A stretch of DNA of 12,586 nt, from assembly GCA_046583315.1 (NCBI GenBank), contig JAYGCN010000146.1, forward strand, positions 1 through 12,586. Direction: 5' to 3'. The position numbers and the translations under genes were made by a program. Positions 7,074 through 12,586 of the stretch are shown here, piece by piece. This DNA comes from Candidatus Hydrogenedentota bacterium. Lineage in GTDB: Bacteria > Hydrogenedentota > Hydrogenedentia > Hydrogenedentales > GCA-2746185. Within the stretch, counting starts at the first letter, position 1; every line of letters begins with the position of its first letter. The notes beneath the pieces are model-generated. The model searched no databases, was not told the DNA's origin, and was given only the letters and a program-made list of their open reading frames with translations.

Positions 7074-7128
7074 GTACGGATTTGGCTCCGTACAAATACA
7101 AATAAAAACGCAAATACAAATAAAAACG
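7074..7128 (+). repeat. 7-bp hairpin followed by an exact 18-bp tandem duplication
   Basis: GTACGGA-TTTGGC-TCCGTAC (7074-7093), then CAAATACAAATAAAAACG twice (7093-7110 and 7111-7128). Confidence 0.85.
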
Positions 7129-7154
7129 GTCTCGTCGAGATAGTGTAGAAAGGA

Positions 7155-8531
7155 ATGTTCATGAGCGGACAGAAAGTTTTGCTTCAAATGGGACTGTTTC
7201 TGGTCGTGGTACTGTGTTTCTCCAACTTGTCCATGGCACAAGATGCACGTCCCAATATCCTCGTCATCATCACCGACCAGCAGGCGGCCTCCGCCATGAG
7301 CGCCGCGGGCAATCCCAATCTCAACACGCCGGCGATTGATTCCATAGCGGCCAGGGGGGTCCGGTTCGAACGCGCCTATGTGACCCAGCCCCTTTGCCTA
7401 CCGTCCCGCTCCAGCATGATGACAGGGCGGTATCCCCACGAGATCGGCTCCACGACCAATGGAAGACCGTTCAGCAACGATTGGCCGATGGTGGGCAAGC
7501 TCATGGCGAATAGTGGCTATGAGTGTGGATATGTCGGAAAGTGGCACGTTGGTGCGCCGATGGACCGTGAACGTGCGGGGCTTTCTTATATCGCAGCCAA
7601 GGGGAAGGATCATGAAAAAACCGAACGGGCGATCGAATATCTTTCGCGTGAACACTCCAATCCGTTCTTCCTGACGGTTTCTTACATTAATCCCCACAAC
7701 GTCTGTCAGTTGGCTCGGCATCAGGAATTGCCGGATGGTCCAATCCCGCCGCTTCCCAAGAATATGGACGATCTACCACCCTTACCCGACAACTTTGCAT
7801 TTCCTGAGAATGAACCTTCTGCCATTCGTGAAGTGCAGGCGATGAGTCCCAACAAGCACTACCCTACCGCCGACTGGGATGAACGACTCTGGCGCGAATA
7901 TCTCTGGGGATATTATCGAATCTGCGAAAAGATGGACGCCGAAGTTGCCCAGTTACTGCAAGCGCTGAAGGAAAACGGCCTCTCAGATGAGACGGTGATC
8001 ATCTTCGTTTCTGATCATGGCGAAGGCATTGCAGCCCATCATTGGAATCAGAAACAAATTCTATATGAGTCGGCTGTTCGGGTTCCTTTTATTGTCGCTC
8101 CGCCTGAAACACACGCCGCAGGCAACGTCTCGAATCAACTTGTATCCACGGGAATCGATTATCTGCCTACTCTTCTTGATTTTGCCGGGGTTTCCATACC
8201 GGAGACGATGCCCGGTCACTCCTTAAAACCGATTGCGCTGGGCGAGTCGGATTCGTTGTCGAGAGAGTACGTTGTCGCTGAAACCGTTTTCGCCAGCGGA
8301 ACGAATGAATTCGGCGTATCGGGACGCATGCTTCGCACCGACCGGTACAAGTACATCATCTACAATAGAGGTGACCAGCGCGAACAACTCTTCGATATGG
8401 AAAACGATTCGGGTGAGACCGTGAATCTTGCAGTAAGGCAGGAGCATGCGGGAGAACTGGATAAGCACCGTCAACTATTGGAAGAGTGGGCAATCGCAAC
8501 CAACGACGTTTTTCCCTACGTGAATAAATAG
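7155..8531 (+). CDS. Secreted Cys-type S1 sulfatase (choline-sulfatase-like architecture)
   Basis: PNILVIITDQQ, CLPSRSSMMTGR, VGKWHV, NPHN, SDHGE, KQILYESAVRVPFIV and QLFDMENDSGETVNLA motifs, plus a signal peptide. Start is at 7155 or 7161 (AAGGA RBS). Confidence 0.95.
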   Translation: MFMSGQKVLLQMGLFLVVVLCFSNLSMAQDARPNILVIITDQQAASAMSAAGNPNLNTPAIDSIAARGVRFERAYVTQPLCLPSRSSMMTGRYPHEIGSTTNGRPFSNDWPMVGKLMANSGYECGYVGKWHVGAPMDRERAGLSYIAAKGKDHEKTERAIEYLSREHSNPFFLTVSYINPHNVCQLARHQELPDGPIPPLPKNMDDLPPLPDNFAFPENEPSAIREVQAMSPNKHYPTADWDERLWREYLWGYYRICEKMDAEVAQLLQALKENGLSDETVIIFVSDHGEGIAAHHWNQKQILYESAVRVPFIVAPPETHAAGNVSNQLVSTGIDYLPTLLDFAGVSIPETMPGHSLKPIALGESDSLSREYVVAETVFASGTNEFGVSGRMLRTDRYKYIIYNRGDQREQLFDMENDSGETVNLAVRQEHAGELDKHRQLLEEWAIATNDVFPYVNK

Positions 8532-8629
8532 CCGAAGGAGTTTCTGGCGCAAAAGCGGAGCAACAACCCGCGTGCTCAACCGATTCACGCAACGTGTAAG
8601 GAAACACCATCTTTATCTTAAATGACTGA

Positions 8630-10015
8630 CTATTGGCTCACACCCAACGATTCTTCCCATTCCGTAAACGTGGCATCAAGCCTCTCTACCAAATCGTCCA
8701 CTTGTTCGTGGGAAATGCACAGCGGCGGGAACATGAAGAGCGGCAGCCCACGTTTTAGTGACGGCAGTCGTCGGTTGCCGTAGAGGGTTGAGTAGAAGGA
8801 CAGACCGTTGGCGAGTGCGATGGCCTGGAGTTTCGTTTCGGCTTGGGTTTTGGGACCGAAGAACTCTCCAGTCTCTTTATCCTGGACCAATTCGGCTACG
8901 CGCATCAGGCCTTTGCCACGCACGTTGATCAGGGTTGGGTGACCGAGTAATTCGTCGCATTTTTCCTGTAAGTAAAGGCCTACCGTGGCGCAGTTTTCGA
9001 GCAGTCCATCTTCTTCGATAATTTCCATGACTTTAAGTGAAATGGCGGCACCGACGGGGTGGCCGGCGTTGGTAAATCCATGGACGAAGGCCGCGCCATT
9101 TTCGAAGGGTTCGTTTACTTTGTCGCTGACGGCCATGGCTCCCATCGGCGCATATAGGCTGGACATGCCTTTGCCCATGGTCATGATGTCGGGTTCAATG
9201 CCGTGGTGTTCGATGCAAAACCATTTTCCGGTGCGTCCGAACCCGGTGACCACTTCGTCGTCGATGAACAGCACGTTGTTGTCGTCACAGATCTTGCGAA
9301 TGGCTTTCCAGTATGCGGGTGGCGGAACCACACCGTAGTCAGACCCGGAACCGACGGGTGTGGCGATGTAGGCGGCGACGGTATCGACACCGGCATAGTG
9401 GATGGTCTTCGCGAGATCATTGGCACACTTAACGGCCCATTCGTTTTCGCTCATCCCATCGGGGATGTTGTGGGCGGTGTATTGCTGCACTTTGGGCCAT
9501 TGGGGCAGCATGGGATCGAACTGCCGTTGGGAGGACGGGTTACCGGATAATGCCATCGTCGCGAGGGTCATGCCGTGATAACTGTCGTAGTTTGAAATGA
9601 CTTTGTGTTTTCCGGGGTTGCCGGTGATCACATGGTATTGGCGTGCGACTTTGATGGCCGTCTCGACGGCTTCGGAACCGCCGCACACGGGGTAGAGCGT
9701 GTTGAGGGAAGGCGGAAGGATGCTGGCAATTTTCTCGCATAGTTCGACCTTGGGGCGATTGGACATGACGGGCGTGCAATAGGAGAATTTTTTCATCTGC
9801 TCCACGGCGGCTTCGGCGAGGCGTGGGTCACCGTGTCCCAAATTTACGGCGAGTGGTCCGCCGGACGCGTCGATGTACCGGTTGCCGTCTTCGTCAAATA
9901 GGTAGATGCCTTCCGCGCGTTCGAGGACGGGTTCGAAGGGATGGGCCGAGAATTGGTGTTTCCAAATACCTTCGTTCTTACGGATTTCGGGAATGCGATT
10001 CTTGATGACGGCCAT
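8630..10015 (-). CDS. Class III PLP-dependent aminotransferase (omega-amino acid/amine transaminase type)
   Basis: ERAEGIYLFDEDGNRYID, GGSEAVETAIK, SYHGMT, FIDDEVVTGFGRTG, PDIMTMGKG (PLP lysine), HGFTNAGHP and PPLCI motifs. GAAAGGA RBS upstream. Confidence 0.95.
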   Translation of the reverse strand: MAVIKNRIPEIRKNEGIWKHQFSAHPFEPVLERAEGIYLFDEDGNRYIDASGGPLAVNLGHGDPRLAEAAVEQMKKFSYCTPVMSNRPKVELCEKIASILPPSLNTLYPVCGGSEAVETAIKVARQYHVITGNPGKHKVISNYDSYHGMTLATMALSGNPSSQRQFDPMLPQWPKVQQYTAHNIPDGMSENEWAVKCANDLAKTIHYAGVDTVAAYIATPVGSGSDYGVVPPPAYWKAIRKICDDNNVLFIDDEVVTGFGRTGKWFCIEHHGIEPDIMTMGKGMSSLYAPMGAMAVSDKVNEPFENGAAFVHGFTNAGHPVGAAISLKVMEIIEEDGLLENCATVGLYLQEKCDELLGHPTLINVRGKGLMRVAELVQDKETGEFFGPKTQAETKLQAIALANGLSFYSTLYGNRRLPSLKRGLPLFMFPPLCISHEQVDDLVERLDATFTEWEESLGVSQ

Positions 10016-10044
10016 GATAATGTCCTTTCGCGTGTTCAGTAGGT

Positions 10045-10473
10045 CTATCGTGCTCCAACGACAGCGATGGCTTCAACTTCTACTTTTAGTGGCGGAAATG
10101 CGTGTGATGTAACGCCCACCCAGGTTGCTGCGGGCTGATTTTCCTGGGTGAAGTGTTTGTCTTTTGCCGCCGACACTTTTCCCATGTCGTCTGCATTCAT
10201 TTCCTTGATGTATACGTTCAATTTGACCTCATCGTGGATCGTTGCCCCTGCGTCTTTCAACTCGGATATCAAGTGTTCAAACGCTATGTCCGCTTGCTCG
10301 GATGCGCCTACAGGAACACCTGTGTCACCAAACCCGACCTGACCGGATACGTAAATGATTTTTGTGTCTCCGGAAGTCGTTGCGACTGTAGTTGTGAAGC
10401 CCATAGCAGTCGGATTTACGAATTCTTTGACGAGCTTCCTGCTTTGTGCACAGACATTTGTACCGACCAACAT
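10045..10473 (-). CDS. Rid (YjgF/YER057c/UK114) family protein; start uncertain
   Basis: IIYVSGQVG, EQADIAFEHL…LKDAGATIHDEVKLNVY and PAATWVGV…KVEVEAIAV motifs. The upstream part of the 233-aa ORF looks like read-through into the antisense strand of another gene fragment. Confidence 0.8.
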   Translation of the reverse strand: MLVGTNVCAQSRKLVKEFVNPTAMGFTTTVATTSGDTKIIYVSGQVGFGDTGVPVGASEQADIAFEHLISELKDAGATIHDEVKLNVYIKEMNADDMGKVSAAKDKHFTQENQPAATWVGVTSHAFPPLKVEVEAIAVVGAR

Positions 10474-10540
10474 CCGGATGGAAAAATCGTCAACAAAAAA
10501 CGGTTTATCGGTTAGGTTTTCGGGATCGGGGCCGGGTTCT

Positions 10541-10723
10541 CTCGAGAAAAAAGTCGACGCATTGGCGGTGACGGTTCCTTTGAACGCCCCGTGGACAGCG
10601 GAGAAGGCCTTGGAATGGGATTCAATTTCCTTAGCGGAGTGGGCGCGCCAAAGCAAACTCTCGGCCGATGACGTGGAATCATTGTCACGCGCGGTGGCGT
10701 TGTCCTTTGCCACGACGGCGCAG
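10541..10723 (+). pseudogene. Internal fragment of a flavin monoamine/putrescine oxidase family gene
   Basis: LEKKVDALAVTVPLNAPWTAEKALEWDSISLAEW matches the conserved (I/V)PxDAPWxAxxAxEWDxx(S/T) segment of MAO-family flavoproteins. There is no FAD-binding GxGxxG and no C-terminal domain nearby. Confidence 0.7.
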
Positions 10724-10762
10724 GCAGCGGTAATGCGAAAAATCATCCAACTCTGTCCACCC

Positions 10763-11842
10763 TCAACGAGGAATCGTCAGTGTTACCGGCAATGCTTCGC
10801 CTGGTCCAATGAGAACGTTTTCGGCTTCGTATTCGAGCTCGATGTTGGTGTTCCCCGAACGGTTTTCAACACGCACAATCACGCGCGCATCGGCGGTGAG
10901 TGTGATGGTACCCGGACCGTTATCTCCCCTTCGTTTAAGTTCGTAGGTCAGATGAGAATTGTTTTTGATTTCCACCCAAAGATTATTCCCATCCTCGTAG
11001 TGGGCAGGGAACACTTCGATCGAAGCGTCGAAAAGGGGGCCGAGGTGTTCTTTGCGGCCGATCATCCGGTTCTGCCCCCATGCCGCTGTCCGCGCGTCGT
11101 TCAACGCTTCTTTGACGCCGTCCTGCGTGAACTCCTTCACGAACACAAGCGTAAGTGCCCGATGATCACCCGTCTCGGTATGATGAAGCATTGAGGGAGA
11201 ATGGTAGTCGCTGTTTCCCAACATAGCCAGGCCTTTATCCAGGCACCACTGGTGCGCGTCAGGATAGTACGTCGTACCGTTGAGTACTTCTATTCCGCCA
11301 AGCCATCCTTTTTCATGAAGTCTGTCGTGTACTCGTTTCCAGGCGCCCCGCTCAGCCCCTTGCCAGGCCGGATGATTCCAAAATACGAATCCGCCCTGGT
11401 CGATGGCCGCCTCTACTGCTTCCAGGAATTTCGGCGTATCGATTGGGTCGACGTCCTTTATGAACACCGCGTTGAAATGTCCCGGCGGTGTATCCCGCGT
11501 GATCTCCGTTCCCTTAATCAACATGATGTTCTTGCGCTGTGCAGTAGGAAGCGCCACTTTGTACGACGCGTTGTGGTCGTCGCTCACATACTCTTTGTGC
11601 GGCTGATACTCGATATGGTCCGTCACCGCAATCGCATCAATCCCTTCACGCCAAGCCTCATCCATTCGCACCGTCGGCCATACCAACCCGTCCGAAAAAA
11701 CCGTGTGCGTGTGGAAATCGGCAATGATGGTCTTGTATCCGGGAATATCTGGAAATTGGATCTCACTCCGGGTGTCTGCGTTCGCTGTTAATGCGAACAC
11801 GACGCATAGGGATGAGCAGACAAGTTTGAACATAGAAAACAT
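10763..11842 (-). CDS. Secreted PHP-domain phosphoesterase/phosphodiesterase with a C-terminal accessory domain
   Basis: ADFHTHTVFSDG, AVTDHIEY, GTEIT, GHFN, FWNHP, GIEVLNG and GNSDYH give a complete set of PHP metal-ligand motifs. Signal peptide and AGGAG RBS present. Confidence 0.9.
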   Translation of the reverse strand: MFSMFKLVCSSLCVVFALTANADTRSEIQFPDIPGYKTIIADFHTHTVFSDGLVWPTVRMDEAWREGIDAIAVTDHIEYQPHKEYVSDDHNASYKVALPTAQRKNIMLIKGTEITRDTPPGHFNAVFIKDVDPIDTPKFLEAVEAAIDQGGFVFWNHPAWQGAERGAWKRVHDRLHEKGWLGGIEVLNGTTYYPDAHQWCLDKGLAMLGNSDYHSPSMLHHTETGDHRALTLVFVKEFTQDGVKEALNDARTAAWGQNRMIGRKEHLGPLFDASIEVFPAHYEDGNNLWVEIKNNSHLTYELKRRGDNGPGTITLTADARVIVRVENRSGNTNIELEYEAENVLIGPGEALPVTLTIPR

Positions 11843-11968
11843 GATTTGACTCCTGGTTGGACCACTGGCCTTTGAGCGGATAGATTAGCACGTTTAGCGA
11901 GTAAAGATTCAATTTTGTAGTGTTTTTTTAGCACTGCCCTTTAACAAAACTTCTTTATTGACGAGAAT

Positions 11969-12207
11969 TTATTCCCCGGTCGCTATAAACGGCGTATCGC
12001 CTCTCCAACCTATCTTTACCTTTGAAAGGTAATAGGATCGGTCCTTGTCGTTGTTGCCCTGATAGAAGAGGTACGTGGTACCATCGTGATCAGTGAATGC
12101 ATAGGGGTGTCCGGATTCACTCGAATTCCACTCCCCTTTTTTTCCGTTGAGAATGAAAGGTTCGTTGAACACCCGTTTCCACGTTACCCCATCAGAGCTT
12201 ACGGCAC
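11969..12207 (-). pseudogene. C-terminal part of a beta-propeller glycoside hydrolase-like gene interrupted by the IS
   Basis: The frame is open from the IS boundary: AVSSDGVTWKRVFNEPFILNGKKGEWNSSESGHPYAFTDHDGTTYLFYQGNND…. SxDGxTW and the W-N…GHP…YLFYQG blade pattern resemble GH43/GH130-like propellers. Confidence 0.7.
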
Positions 12208-12586
12208 TGGTCCCGCCCCTCTAAACGAGTCCACTTTTTGCTATTGTAAAAGGTCGTGAAATTGGGTTCAGACAAGGAGGGCAAGATGCCTAGAAAACGA
12301 TTTACCTCTGAACAGATTATTGGGAAGCTACGAGAAGCGGAAGTGGCTTTGGCCAAGGGTAAGGCCGTTCCCCTGGTGTGCAAGCAAATTGGGGACCCCG
12401 AGCAGACCTATTACCGTTGGCCAAGGAGTATGGTGGCTTGAAAGTCGATCAGGCAAAGAAACTACGCGTGCTGGAGAAGGAAAATGCCCGCCTTAAGAAG
12501 CTAGTGGCAGACATGGCTCTGGATAACGACATCCTTCGGGAGGCCGCCTCGGGAAACTTCTGAGCCCGGTGAAGCGTAAACGGGCA
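12208..12586 (+). mobile_element. IS3-family insertion sequence, left end (continues beyond the window)
   Basis: Starts with TG: TGGTCCCGCCCCTCTAAACGAGTCCA. Contains an AGGAGG RBS, an HTH orfA and the orfA/orfB junction GGGAAACTTCTGAGCCC. Confidence 0.92.
12286..12563 (+). pseudogene. IS3-family transposase OrfA, frameshifted
   Basis: MPRKRFTSEQIIGKLREAEVALAKGKAVPLVCKQIGDPEQTYYRW / KEYGGLKVDQAKKLRVLEKENARLKKLVADMALDNDILREAASGNF*. One base is missing at ~12421-12422 (TGG CC AAG). Confidence 0.88.

Noticed and set aside
10474..10746. N-terminal extension making a 233-aa Rid fusion protein
   Set aside because: It is better explained as the antisense reading of the amine oxidase fragment, and it has no recognisable domain or RBS.
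10355..11194. 279-aa + strand ORF as a real gene
   Set aside because: It is mostly antisense to the Rid and PHP genes. Only the ~60-codon amine-oxidase-like segment looks protein-like.
5689..11791. Many 60-200 aa ORFs overlapping the sulfatase, aminotransferase and PHP genes
   Set aside because: They are shadow or alternate-frame ORFs of well-supported genes and carry no motifs of their own.
1672..12586. Composite transposon formed by the two IS3 pieces
   Set aside because: The left element is a short decayed remnant inside module 1. The two pieces cover non-overlapping parts of the IS, so they cannot be shown to be the same element, and no flanking target duplication can be assessed.

Overview
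Bacterial accessory region with two parts. The left ~4.8 kb is divided by three direct copies of a short site (TTTTTTGACCCTACG core at ~114-128, ~2355-2369 and ~4707-4721). On the minus strand this site reads like the 3' end of a tRNA (…ATCCCCG-TAGGGTC-A). The copies bound two ~2.2-2.35 kb modules. Each module carries minus-strand genes for exported proteins (an EEP-family hydrolase; an alkaline-phosphatase-fold probable pseudoenzyme plus a lipoprotein) and a helically phased TTCCCTG repeat array about 220-290 bp from the core. I infer a tandem array of small, integrase-less, tRNA-anchored cassettes, but neither the tRNA nor an integrase is in the window. The right part is a patchwork of intact genes (two Cys-type sulfatases, a class III aminotransferase, a Rid-family protein, a PHP-domain phosphoesterase) and gene fragments (amidohydrolase, Tat substrate, flavin amine oxidase, beta-propeller glycosidase). 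Two decayed IS3-family elements are also present. All protein calls come from motifs recognised by eye, with no database search.
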